Below are positions 27,403 through 39,739 of a DNA stretch of 64,000 bases, one piece after another (position 1 is the first letter of the stretch; each line of letters starts with the position of its first letter). A program made the translations under genes and the position numbers. The notes under the pieces were generated by a model. That model had not been told where the DNA came from, searched no databases, and worked only from the letters and a program-made list of their open reading frames with translations. This stretch comes from Octopus vulgaris (taxonomy: Eukaryota), in the NCBI GenBank assembly GCA_951406725.2, contig OX597815.1, positions 96,472,001 through 96,536,000 of the forward strand, read 5' to 3'.

Positions 27403-28985
27403 GGTTGTTGTCTACCCCTTATGCAGAGCCTGATCACCTATTGTACCTAAACTTAGATCCATAATGGCGTCTGATGTGGCTTTTTAAACCATACAATTTA
27501 TTGAAATGACACCCACATATTACATAATTGATTTGGACCACCAACAGCTGCCGTTAAGTTCTGACCTTTGTCATTCTTCAAACGTCTTTAGATGCCTCCG
27601 TTACATTTGCAGACCTTAAAGCATATACAGCAATGAAAGTTGCGCACAGATAAATAGGCAGAGTAGTTGGTGGAGGTTCGTCTTTTATAGGTCTAAGAGC
27701 AGCAAAAGAAGGGCATGGTCTGTCATGAAATGTGTACACAAAAATATCAATGAGATTCACTTTCCCGATCGCAATGTTCTTCTTTAAATCTCTCTGGAAT
27801 CTTGCATTTGTCATCTTGGCCTTCTCAAAAGCTTTCACTCAAACTTTTGTTCGCCATCCAGCTCAATCCAAGGCAAGGGTTTCTATGGCCTTTCGATTCA
27901 TTCCAACTGAATTCATGATAGTCCTTATTCCATTCTCAAACCACTTTTTAGGTTTACACAGATTGCCTTTCCCCACTGCAAGCTCGCCATGAAACAGCTA
28001 TTCGAATAATATGACCAGACCATCTCATTTGATTTTTTAGATTAAATGCTTAGACGTGATATCTCTAGACGCAAAGATATCTGCTTCTGGAGCAGAAAAT
28101 ACCTATTTAAAGTCTAAAATGCAGCGTAGCAATTTCTGGTGGAATCGTTCTAACAATTAGAAATGTCTTTCATAACACATACATATTTGAGAAGAATATA
28201 AAACGGATGTTAAGACAAACTATTTGTAAGGAGTTAATTTTGTGTTGTTATTTATATGTCGTTGGCAACAAACGCGTGACTGCAAGCCACCAAATGCTTG
28301 TGCTGCTCTTTGGATTTGCAGATGTATTTCTGTGTCTAGAGCCCCATCAATTTGTACAGAGCTTCCGAGGTAGATAAAAGAGTCGACAACCGTAAGTAAC
28401 TTGCCCTTAACACAAGATTTAGTGGGGTTCCAAATAGCACTACGTGCGAGTTGATACAGCTCTTTCTTTTTTACAAGTTGATGGTCAAGCCAAAATCATA
28501 ACAAGCTGAGTCAAATGTAGATACGAAAGAGTGCAAGCCAGTTTAAGGATGACTGACTAAATCGCAATCGTCATCATATATGAGTTCCCTAATGAGTGAA
28601 GTAAAAATCTTTGTTTTGAGTTCCAGACGGGTCATATTGAAAACATTCCCTGTTGTTCGATATTTTATGCAAATACCTTCTACGGAGTTTTGAAAAGCGT
28701 GTGACATCACAACAGCAAAAGTATACTACATTTTCAACGGCAAATCGTTCTGAAAGCCTGCCAACAAAATTAACTCTAGTCTTTATATTTTGATGCAAAG
28801 CCCTAATCATATTTACATTTTTTCTGGACAACCTATTTTCCTTAGAATTATCCACAGAGTATTTCGATTACCTTGCTGAAGTAAACAAAGCAATGGTATA
28901 GGGCAAGATTTTGTTCAATGCTCTCTTCCCGAAATTGTCTGATAGTAAAAATACAATGAACTGTACCTCTGGATGAAGGAAATTT
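27403..28985 (-). mobile_element. Degenerate RTE-clade LINE (RT to 3' end)
   Basis: Broken-frame peptides SRGTVHCIFTIRQFREESIEQNLALYHCFVYFSK, ELIYDDDCDL, VVDSFIYLGSSV...IQRAAQAFGGL, ELAVGKGNLCKPKKWF; 3' end ACAACAACC next to (TA)n. Confidence 0.85.
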
Positions 28986-28989
28986 CTGG

Positions 28990-29720
28990 ATCACAGTTGC
29001 AAGAGTTTCACCATCAATGTTCTTTTTCTTGTATTAAACGCAGGAGAAATAACGTTTCTGATTTCTTCCAGCTTCAGAGCATCTTAGTTAAATTCCTTCT
29101 CTTCATTCCAGATTTTCCTTCAGAAGAATTCTGTGTTTTCTTATGAAGGAGCTTTCGTGATGCTCACTGCTCCTCATCTCATGTCTCTGTATACTGCGGC
29201 CTGGTTCCGGTTAAATTTTTGTTTATTGTTCTTCTCTCAGTTATTCTCTTCTGATGTCGGAGGTTTTCACTGACAGCTTTTAGCTCCTACTTGAGGGTAA
29301 TCACTCTGCAAGTGGGTATCCTCTTTTGGCTGTCTCAAATATCATGTCTATCTCCTTCTTTACTTTCTATTGGTGGAATGTATAGTGATTAGCTTGTTTG
29401 CATGCAATAAGACTGGTGGTCTTCCGTAAACCAGTTGTCTATTATCTTTTCTGTCTTCAAAACTCTGCTGGTACTGTCTTTGTTGATTGGGTTTTCTTTA
29501 CTTTTTGAACGTCATATATATACTGCTTTGCAGTAGCCAGAGCATATAGACAGGCGTTAATCTGCTAGTATGCGGGTTCATCACATTGCTGTAAATGCAT
29601 ATTACCAATTTCGTTAACAGCTTTGAATACCTATCTGGTGGTTCTTTACTTACTTTGGTAGCGAATACTGTCTCCTTGAGAGAGTTCTTCAAAGCCAAAG
29701 TTATTTTTTCTCGGAAAATT
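28990..29720 (-). mobile_element. Possible relic of the N-terminal region of another RLE-type LINE
   Basis: Remnant QINACLYALATAKQYI resembles the pre-RT helical region of R4-type ORFs; heavily decayed. Confidence 0.3.
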
Positions 29721-30296
29721 TAAGTAAGAGCACATTTCACTGGAGTATAATCCTGAGTATCACTACTACTGCAATAATCGTTGCGGTAGTACCTGTTATT
29801 TACCATAGTAACAACAGTCAAGATGCAATCCATGCTTTGGGTATGGAGAAATACATTTAAAAAAAACAGTCCTTTTAAAAATCTAAAATGTTTGGGATTC
29901 GGAAAAATCTGACAAATGAATTCATATTGTTGGGTAACACAAAAAGGTCGAACGAAAAAAAAATTGGAGAAAAAAATTATTGTCAACACAAATGCAAAGC
30001 GAGACACAAAAAAGAAAATCTATCTCCATAAAAAACTAATGTGAACACGAGACTGCAGTTGGGCACAAGATAATTAACGATGTTACATGGGGAAAAATAG
30101 GGAAGCTTACATTGAAAAAACTTCGAAAATTGCCCAAGGTATTTCAGAATCAGGGATGCGATATTTGGGAAAAAAATGATAAGTGAGGTGACATTTCGTA
30201 TTTTCTTTATTATAGGTATAAAGCCTTAATATAGAAGAGACACCATAAGGACAAACAACACGAAACGTGGGGTAGATACAACAATTAACGAATGAG

Positions 30297-30908
30297 TTAC
30301 GAATTATGAAAATAATAATAATGAAATGGCTTTCCTACCCACCAAAGTAGGTAGTTCCATTTTACTGTTTTTTTTTTTAAATCAGTAATTATTTCCAGTT
30401 TGTATCGTGTGAACATCATAAAATCCATAAAATCCTCGAATTCTATCACTGATGCTAATTCGTCATATCTAAATCGTAATGCTGTATTCTCTCTTCTGTC
30501 CCCGAATATTTCTCTCAATCTTCCCATTCTCTCATCTTCCAACAACACTGCTTTGATATTCTGGTTCTCTTCCTTGTCGGCCAGCTTAATCCTTAGCACG
30601 CCTTTCATCTTGGAAAATATTTTCCCTATTTCCACGCTCCTTCCGTATGGCACCATCACTCTTTCGTATTTCCCCTTCGGTGGCTTTCTCAGCTCTATCA
30701 CTTCACTCTCTGCCAATGTTGCTAGTGTTTCCATCTCTATTTGTTGCTCATTCTCACTTTCTAGTCTCTTCTTCTGTCTTTCCTCCTCATTGCTTGTTGA
30801 AAGCTCTGGTCTTTCCGTTCGTTCTGCCGTTGATTCCTGATTTTTTTCTGCTTTCCTTTTTATTTTTTCCGCCCTCCGCCTGTCTTTTCTTTTTAGGTAG
30901 AGATTCAA
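30297..30908 (-). CDS. 203-codon charged ORF, probably a LINE ORF1/gag-like fragment
   Basis: Open frame in AT-rich DNA, E/K/R-rich N-part then a mixed alpha/beta-looking segment; upstream frame gives GEENEFTVVKMKIKK, typical of ORF1 basic patches; no diagnostic domain. Confidence 0.4.
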   Translation of the reverse strand: MNLYLKRKDRRRAEKIKRKAEKNQESTAERTERPELSTSNEEERQKKRLESENEQQIEMETLATLAESEVIELRKPPKGKYERVMVPYGRSVEIGKIFSKMKGVLRIKLADKEENQNIKAVLLEDERMGRLREIFGDRRENTALRFRYDELASVIEFEDFMDFMMFTRYKLEIITDLKKKTVKWNYLLWWVGKPFHYYYFHNS

Positions 30909-31004
30909 ATTTTTTTTATCTTCATTTTTACCACTGTAAACTCGTTTTCCTCCCCGCCATTAAAATCTCTTCTTCCCGACTCTCTTTCTCAGCTTCCTCC
31001 GGAA

Positions 31005-33545
31005 GAAGATTTAAAAATGAAATTAAAAAGAATTATTTCCGATGTTTCTAATGAAGAATTATGTAGGTACACCAAGAGAAAAGTAAAAATTCAAGTAAAA
31101 GAAAACGCTGTACTGGTAATTAAACCGAAGCGAGCTGTACCTTTCGCGGCGTTGAATCAAGTCAACGAGGAATGGGATAGACTTGGAAAGCTTGGAGTTA
31201 TAGAAAAAATTGATTATTCAAAATGGGCATCACCAACTATATAAAGAAAAAGATAATATAATACGTGTATGCGCTGACTTTTCAACAAGCTTGAACGAAT
31301 GCTTGATGATATACAATTACCCATTACCATGTCCGGAAGAAATGTTTGCGAAATTCAATGGAGGAAATTTTTTCTAAAATTTGGACTTGCCGGAGGCGTA
31401 TTTACAGTTACATGTCGAGGAGGAATGTTCTAAATTATAACGATAATTTTGGGATAAAGGTGGCACCTAGTATTTTCCAACGTGCTTGCGGATGCGAATT
31501 TCGCCATAGCTTACTTGGATGACATACTCATAAAAAGAGTGTCTCGGGGCTAGCATGTGGAACATGTTAAAAAGATATGTGAAAGAACTAAGGAGTATGG
31601 ATTTAAACTTAATGAGGAAAAATACGACTTTTCCATGCTAGTTATCGATAAAAACTGTCGCAGGCCAGATCCTTCAAAATCGACTGCAATAAAAAATATG
31701 CCTCCCCCAAAAAATATTACAACGTTACAAGCTATCTTAGAACTCGCAAACTATTTGCAAACATGTATACCGAATATGCATGAGCTAAGAGCACCCCTAA
31801 ATAACCTATTGAGAAAAAGACGTTAAGTCATATTGGTCGGACGGGTGCCAAAAAGCGTCTGAAGAAATTAAAAGAGTTTTAACATCGGAAATTTCATTAT
31901 CGCACATCCATCCAAATTTAAAGATAGTAGTAGTATCAGATGCTAACGAAAGAATATAGAAGCGGTAATTTTATAGAAGTATGAAAATGCTAGCCTAAAG
32001 CCCATCGCGCATGCTTCATGTTCATTGTTGGTGGATAAAACATATATAGCCAAATTGAGAAGGAGGCATTAGCCATCATTGTTGCGGTGAAAACAATTTC
32101 CTAAATCATACATGGAAGGAAATTCAGTCTGCAGACAGATCACCGCCCATTGTTGTCAATTTACGGATCGAAAAAGAGTATGCCAACACTTCCAGCCAAC
32201 TGGTTGTAGCGCAGGAGGACGACCTTGCTAAATTATGACATTAAGATGGAAATTGTACCATCAACAAAACTGGGACGTGCGGATGGGCTGTGAAGATTGA
32301 TACCTAAATACAATGAACCGTTAGAGGACACATTAATCGCGGTGTTAAAAGCTTAAATCGAAATAAAAAATATATTCTGCAACATAGTAGTATGTGCTCG
32401 TAATAAAATTGAGAGAAATAGTGAAGTCAGAAGCAAATACGAAAACTCATGTAGCCCAGTTTCGAAATGGTATTCGATATGTGATGACGTATTTTGTACG
32501 CTCAGTGGGTTGACATATTTCTTTGCAATAACGTATGCTAAAACAATTCCACATCGGACATTCAGGAATCGCGATTCAGGAATGCACTGATGTGGATCTA
32601 CGTGTACTAGTCGAATATGGATCAGTATATTGAAAAATTTGTGAAAGCCTGCAGGGATTGTGCCCTGGCAGCAAAAGCACCACCTATAAAATTTCAGCCT
32701 TGGCATACCTTAGTCCAGTTTACACAGACTCGCAGGACCGTTAAATGGAGGGATTATCTAATGGTTGTGGATAGTTACACGATATTTTTGGAAATATGTA
32801 AATTCAAGAAGCCAACCTCCAAAGTAACAATAACATTTCCGCACGAAATTTTGCGTGATGTGGCATCCCAGACTCTATAGTGTCTGATAACAGATCACAG
32901 TTCTCCTCGAAGGAATTTAAAACATTTTTGCAAAATGCATGCAATGGAGCATATTACTACTCCGCCTACCATCCGAAATCGAATGGACTAGCGGAACGTT
33001 TTCTAGGAATCAGCTACAAGCTGTTACTGCAGTGATGCAATTCTTAAGTGACTGCCGAACAACACCTAACCCAACGCCATTTCAGGTATAACGCCGGCTG
33101 AATTAATGTTCGCCAGGAAAGTCAGGCGCGAAGTAAAGAAAGAATGGAAAGAAACACCGAAAATTAGATATGATACTTCAAAATCAGTGGAATGGTGTTG
33201 TTTTGTTTTTAAATATAGACAAAAGGAAAATTGGTAAGAAGGTATAATAAGTAAACGCCAAGGGAAAATAACGTATATGGTAAAAGGTCATACGTGGAAA
33301 CACAAAAGACAAGGTTTACGAAAGAAGGAATAAGACATGGAAAACCAATGGAATTTTTTAATAGCATTTTTGACGTCTCGGTACCTTAAGGAATAGTCGA
33401 ACCAACGAATACATTGACTAGGAAAAGACAAACAAAAATTTTGAAAGTTGAGCCAAAACGAAAAAATATTCCAATATCTTCCTAGGGAATAATAAATATA
33501 TAATACATAAAAGAAAAATATTGACTTCCAAGGTAAATCAAACTC
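31005..33545 (+). mobile_element. Degenerate Ty3/Gypsy pol (Mag/K02A2.6-like): RT - RNase H - integrase
   Basis: KPKRAVPFA...GVIEKIDYSKWASP, IRVCADFSTSLN, AYLDDILI, YSQIEKEALAII, LQTDHRPLLSIYG, IEKFVKACRDC, YLMVVDSY, YHPKSNGLAERF; many stops and frameshifts. Confidence 0.92.
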
Positions 33546-33858
33546 AAAAAGAAGAGATGTGGTGAAATCCTGGCACCCCTGTAGGATAGCAAGTGAACTG
33601 TATTAAATCGTGGGACAGTTGCATTTGTGAAGGCATCTCAGAAGTCGTTGAGAAGCGAAATAATTTTGTTTCGTGTTTGTTACTGATTAGTTTTTGTAGT
33701 GTTATAACACTGATACAGCGTAGTCTATATCCAAACTCAAGGATATTATAAAATAAATGTGTATATATATTAATGTTTGAACATATCTTTAGTGTTCAAT
33801 ATATGCACATAATTCTTTAATTATATTTATACGCTTCCAATATATTTTGCACGCAATA
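33546..33858 (+). mobile_element. Polypurine tract and putative 3' LTR of the Gypsy element
   Basis: AAAAAGAAGAGA (33546-33557) directly followed by TGTGGTG; AATAAA near 33752; right end approximate; no 5' LTR seen. Confidence 0.6.
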
Positions 33859-34716
33859 CTAAACAAAACAAATATACATATACGTGTGTGTGTGTAAGGT
33901 GGGAGGCGTATATATGTATGTATGTATGTTTGTATGTGTGTATGTAACTATGTATATTATGAACACTGAGACTGGATTAACACCTATATTTATTTCAATT
34001 TTCAAATTAAAGATACTTGAATTGCGATATTCTCCTGTCGACAGCAAATAAAAGCAGTCATCTAGGAGATTCATAATCCATAGACACACGCGCACGAGCA
34101 CGCGCACACACACTTGCACACGAGCATACATATAACTTTGTTCTATGATAGTGAACTTTTAATATATGTAGAGATGTTCTAACAATTTTAATATGGTGAG
34201 CGCAACAGCATCCGTTACTAGCTCATAATGGTGCCAATGTTTTATGCATTGTTAAGGATTACTTAAATGCAGTGTAGGCAAAAATTGCTTCTGAAACTCA
34301 AAAGGGGAGAATCTTAAACATATTTGAAACGAGATATTCAAATTCGTGAAAACTCTAAGTAAAGCGATGATGTCCAGAAGAAATTATAGCATGGCTTGAG
34401 TCAAAATATCACTATTTATTATCATGAGCAGTTTGTTTGATTACTCCGCTATGATTTTACAAAAGGAAGTGAAGTGACGAAATGTTACAAATATTAACGT
34501 TGTCCAAATGATGTCTATCACTCGATGACTGTAGGTTAGCTAAAGGGTATCTCCTGATATCCTTCTATACTTATAAACTCTTAAAATCAAAACTGCAAAA
34601 AACTTCACTTCATAAATGCAGACGGCTGAATTGCAGGTCATATAGCAAGGTATCTAACATTCTCGTCAAAGATATCCACATATGGCTGTAAAAGCGCATA
34701 TTTATTTATGCACGTA

Positions 34717-34910
34717 TTAACTGGCACTCAATCGGTTACGACGGAAAAAGTTCCAGTTCATCCGATGAACAGAAAGTCTGCTCGTGAAATGAATGCGCAA
34801 GTGGTTGAGCACTCCACAGACAAGCATACCCTTAACGTAGTTCCCTGGTAGATTCAGTGTGACACAGAATGAAGTACCTTTGAGTTATAGGTAAAACTCA
34901 TTTTTGCTTA
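34717..34910. mobile_element. Decayed interspersed repeat, probably SINE body
   Basis: GC-elevated block resembling a recalled cephalopod SINE segment (CTGCTCGTGAAAT...GAGCACTCCACAGAC...TACCCTTAACGTAGTTC); not verified. Confidence 0.4.
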
Positions 34911-36561
34911 ATGGACTGAGTGCACGTATTACTAAAGAAACTTTCAATTTTATCAGGAACCACAAGCAATTATTTTTTTTGTTTTGTTTTAGATGTTAAA
35001 CCCTTTAAGATTGACAATGTTTGTCTAATAAGGACTTGCATAGCCTGAGTTGGTCAAAGATTTTCAACTCTTCTATTTTTGTATGTGAGACCCTTCTCTG
35101 TTTTGCATGATATATGCGTAACGATTTTCTTACCTATTTTCTGTATTTCTATAGTTGTTACGCATTCCTTCTGTTTCTCTGCATATTGATCACGCTTAAT
35201 CACGCCTACAAGTATGTTTCCTGTAGGAGATCTCATAAAACCAAAATACGTCCGCTACTACCAGCTTTTAAAGCAATGTTCACTATTATCTACATAGCTT
35301 ATAGATTTCGTGTATTTTTTATATTATTGCGGTAATTTATGTTTAATTTAATAGTTAAAATCATATTTATGTGGGACTTTACTGCATAATAATTGTTCCG
35401 ACTGTATATAATGCAGACATGTATTTCAGTCTTTTTAAACAACATTATCCTTGGTCTTGCCTCATTTTCTGCTCTTTTGTTTCTTTTGTACTCTGATCAT
35501 CGCTATGTTTCACCGATCAAATCGATTAATGTGTCGAATCATCATAAGTGAAATTGATGTGTCTAACTCTCTGACAGCCCTCATTAACCAAACGTGGATG
35601 AAAAGCATTTAAAGTATGACTATCATGTACATATTATACTTCAGATATCGTTCAGGACCACATTATTTATCATATTTCACCATCTTAATATTAAACATTG
35701 GGACTTTAAAGAGACATCGCAGACATTGAAATCAGGCCGAGCGATAGCATATATAAGCGATCGTTGGCTTATGAGGACAGGATTAAATTTATAGATTAGA
35801 TTTTAAGTGAAAAACTCAAAACGAAATATTTTTCTGGAAACTGAAATTGAAAAATAAAGATCAAATTACGCCGCATTTTTGCAATTAATTTCACTTGAAA
35901 CAGCAACATTCTTCTATGTCCATAATTACCAGACTGTCTTTGGTATTTCATATTACTGGAATCACTAGTCAAATCCCTTTTAAATCACACGATGTCCACT
36001 TATATTAGACAACGTGGATAATGGCATTTTAGAGAATGAAATCCTACATGGTCCTAAAAAGATGGCGTAGTCACCGATGGAATGTCTCTCATAATATATG
36101 ATCGACCAGGTCTCATATGCCAAATCAACCATAACACCGATGAATTGTTGCAAGCATTCCTCATATGGCATTAATATTTACATGTATTTTAGAGTAGTAA
36201 ATGCTGTAGTGATATTATTTTCTGACCGCAATGCTGCGTGTCAAATTTCATTATATTTCTCCACCACTTTTCTCTGACTAATTGCCAGTATTTCTCAGCA
36301 TAAAGCTGGGGTATTTCTATTCCTACAAATTTAAATAGCAGAAAATGCATTATGTATTGGTTGTCAACGTGTTCAGACGAATGAACAGCCACATGTGAGA
36401 GAAATGTTTACTTCTTTATGCACGTATACGCATAACTCTTGGTATTGAAAATGTACACACCATCCTATATATATGTATATATATATATATACATATATAT
36501 ATATAGATGTATATATATATATATATATAGATGTATAAATATATATATATATATATATATA

Positions 36562-36668
<107 letters not shown>

Positions 36669-36736
36669 TGTATAAATATATAGTTGTATATATATAGAGA
36701 GAGATGTATATATATATATATATAAATATATATATA

Positions 36737-37155
36737 TAAGAAAATAGAGAGATTTAATGGATATAAATTGCTTACAATTGTTTAAATTCACACTCAATAC
36801 AAAATACAAGACATATATAAAAAAGTAAGCTTGCATTTTGAAAGTTTTGAGCGAAGTATCATGAGGCTAAAGGACATTAAGAAAGTTAGATGCTCATCGG
36901 CTTAAAAATTCCAACATATTCTGTTGATCAGTTTAGACACCCCAACTGAGTTTTTGGGAGTATCAAAGTCGATCAACATGTAGCTTCGTTGCTGTCCTTT
37001 TTCCCTGGTGATATTTTACTCAAAAGTTTCAAAAAACCGACCTATCTTTTGATATCTGTTTTCTAATTTGTATTGAGTATGAATTAAAACAATTTCAGGC
37101 AATATTAATTAATTAATAAATCAAATTATATCCATTAAATCTCTTCGTTTTCTTA
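36737..37155. mobile_element. Diverged fold-back element / MITE (~200 bp imperfect arms) next to (TA)n
   Basis: GAGATTTAATGGATATAA...CTCAATACAAA...TTTTGAAAGTTTTGAG on the left mirrors CTCAAAAGTTTCAAAA...TTTGTATTGAG...TTATATCCATTAAATCTC on the right. Confidence 0.75.
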
Positions 37156-37343
37156 CTTCATAATATTTCATATTTATATGTTTATTGAAGAAATAACTCT
37201 TCACAATATGATATATTAAACCAGTTTAACTTGGATGCAGCCATCCATATAAGAGGTGTATAGAACCTCCTAGCGATGATATATGTATATAAAATAATCT
37301 ATATACTTACATATATATATATGTATATGTATGCCTGTGTCTT

Positions 37344-37385
<42 letters not shown>

Positions 37386-37387
37386 AG

Positions 37388-37441
<54 letters not shown>

Positions 37442-37762
37442 GATTAACTGTTGAACTGGACGGACGTCTATTTGTTTCTCTCCCGAGTCAGTAGCAAGCT
37501 ACACAGCTTCAAAACTAACTGACCTTAAATATATATATATTTGTAACCACGTGTTTGCCTACAAACCCGTAAGTACGTTTTCATTTAACTACAAATTGTT
37601 ATATACACCTGTTTTTCTTTTAATATCCTCAAACAACCAAATAATCAAAAACTCACACCCTTAAGAGAGAACATTTATATATATATACACTTCTTTAACT
37701 CCCAAGAAAGAATATATATATTTTCAAAAATCAAAAGGAAAACAAACAAAAGAAAAACAAAC

Positions 37763-39739
37763 ATGACTAACTTGCAGGCCTGCAACAGACGAAATTGGTC
37801 TGATAACGAAATTGATGTTTTAATAAACACATGGCTCTCTCTTTCCCAAACAGAAAATCTAAATGTCTTGTGTTTGAATGAGATTGCCGAAAAAACATCA
37901 CAAGTGGTCAACACACGATCCGTCAAACAGATTCGTAGCAAGTTGAAACATATCGAAGTATCTTTCAAACTGATAAGAGGCCATTATGAAAAGCTTCTAC
38001 ATATTTTCACAGTTCAAGAACAACAACAGCTAGAAAATCAGCAGCCACAACAACAACAACAACAGAATGAGCCACTCCTGGTTCCCAACACAATGGCTGA
38101 CCCTGACATCGGTCAGGCACAACAACAACAACAACAGCCACAGCAACAAGAACAACAACAGCCACTCCTCAACTCTAGCTTACTAGACGATTCACTAAAT
38201 GCCAGTATCTTTTCACCGCTCTCACAGCAACCACCACAATTATCATCATCATCATCACCACCGCTGCCACCATCGTCTTCTATCACCAAAAATACCAACA
38301 GAAAACCAAATAAGAAACCACTGCCCTCTTCCCCCACATCACCACCTCAATACTACTGCAGTAACAAAAACTTAAAGAAACATAGGAAGCAGAATGCGCC
38401 CCCCACGGCACAAACAAGAAATCCCCAAATATGCCGCTATTCACTGCGCCAGAGACTCTGCACAAATAGTGACTGCATCTTCACGCATCTACCCGGCACT
38501 AGACGCACTACTGGCCAAGGCCAAAGCACGCATCCCACAATAACATCAACACCACCAAATAGTAAATCGAAATTCAAAACACACACAACTCGGAGTCCCA
38601 AAATCTGCCGGTATTCCCAACGTGAGAGAACATGTCTACTGAGTGACTGTCCCTTCACTCATCTTCCAGGGACCCGACGCACAAACAGAAACGGGGCCTC
38701 AAGCCAACACACAAACCTGAATAACAATAAAAATAGAAACACACCATGCTGCAGTAATGCTGGTCCAGTCTTTTCAGGAAGACACAAAAACAACAACAAC
38801 AAAAGTGGAAACTACAACCCTATCCAACAGTGCAACCACACCTCCAGCCAAAAACTGCTCCCTAAGCAGGAAAATTCTTTTAGCCATGTTGAACATGGCA
38901 AAAGAGATACACAAAAACATTCTAGCCATCACTCAACACCATCCTATGCTATTACCCCAGTGCACCAACTCCCCACATTGCTGCCACTAACACACACAAA
39001 AAATCCAAGCCCCCTGCAACAGTCAAAACCAGCCACTACACTAACCTCCACATTCCTACTCAATGCACAAGGTGTCAGCCCTTCCATCAATGCACAAAAA
39101 TGGAAGGTCCAATTCATTGAAGACTGGGTTGGTAACCATTCACACCACATCCCTTTCTTCATTCTCACTGAGACCCACCTTGACAACTCCCACTTGGAAG
39201 CCGAAGTGAGAGTGAAGAATTTCACAACCATCCGCGCGGATCGTATCGGCAGGAGGAAGGGTGGAACTGCCATTTTCCTGCATGATTCATTTACGGCAGA
39301 TGGAAATAGTATATTCTCCAACGGCTACTGTGAATCAGTCACCGTGCACAACAAAGCCAATGATCTGACAGTAATTGGGCTCTATAGGCCGCCCCAAACA
39401 CCCATACTGTGCTTTAAAGAATGCCTCAACAGCATTAAGTGCTTTATTCAACAGTGCCATTCTAGCAACATACTCATGATGGGAGACTTCAATCTACCCT
39501 GTGTTGACTGGACTACAAACTGTTTGAAACCAAGCACTCCCGCCTCAACCGCTGACAAAGAAGCAGCAGAGTCACTTTTCGACTTTACGAATGAGTTTTT
39601 CTTGTCCCAACTTGTCCTTGCACCAACAAGACATCAGAACATTTTGGACCTAGTGTTTAGTAACCACACTAACACTATACATAACGTTACAGTGGAAAAA
39701 CCCTTCTTTCAGACCATGACATGGTTCTCTGTAACATGA
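37763..39739 (+). CDS. LINE protein N-part: Myb/SANT-like domain, polyQ/Ser-Pro linker, two CCCH zinc fingers, APE endonuclease
   Basis: RNWSDNEIDVLINTW...RSVKQIRSKLKHI; C-x8-C-x4-C-x3-H at 38432-38488 and 38606-38662; APE motifs LLNAQG, LTETHL, RADR..RKGGTAIF, LYRPP, MGDFNLP, PTR..NILDLVF; the terminal SDH lies in the -1 frame at 39709-39717. Confidence 0.9.
   Translation: MTNLQACNRRNWSDNEIDVLINTWLSLSQTENLNVLCLNEIAEKTSQVVNTRSVKQIRSKLKHIEVSFKLIRGHYEKLLHIFTVQEQQQLENQQPQQQQQQNEPLLVPNTMADPDIGQAQQQQQQPQQQEQQQPLLNSSLLDDSLNASIFSPLSQQPPQLSSSSSPPLPPSSSITKNTNRKPNKKPLPSSPTSPPQYYCSNKNLKKHRKQNAPPTAQTRNPQICRYSLRQRLCTNSDCIFTHLPGTRRTTGQGQSTHPTITSTPPNSKSKFKTHTTRSPKICRYSQRERTCLLSDCPFTHLPGTRRTNRNGASSQHTNLNNNKNRNTPCCSNAGPVFSGRHKNNNNKSGNYNPIQQCNHTSSQKLLPKQENSFSHVEHGKRDTQKHSSHHSTPSYAITPVHQLPTLLPLTHTKNPSPLQQSKPATTLTSTFLLNAQGVSPSINAQKWKVQFIEDWVGNHSHHIPFFILTETHLDNSHLEAEVRVKNFTTIRADRIGRRKGGTAIFLHDSFTADGNSIFSNGYCESVTVHNKANDLTVIGLYRPPQTPILCFKECLNSIKCFIQQCHSSNILMMGDFNLPCVDWTTNCLKPSTPASTADKEAAESLFDFTNEFFLSQLVLAPTRHQNILDLVFSNHTNTIHNVTVEKPFFQTMTWFSVT

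Noticed and set aside
37763-39000. PolyQ/Myb/CCCH region as a host transcription-factor gene
   Set aside because: It is intron-less, in frame with the APE domain and inside LINE boundaries marked by (TA)n flanks.
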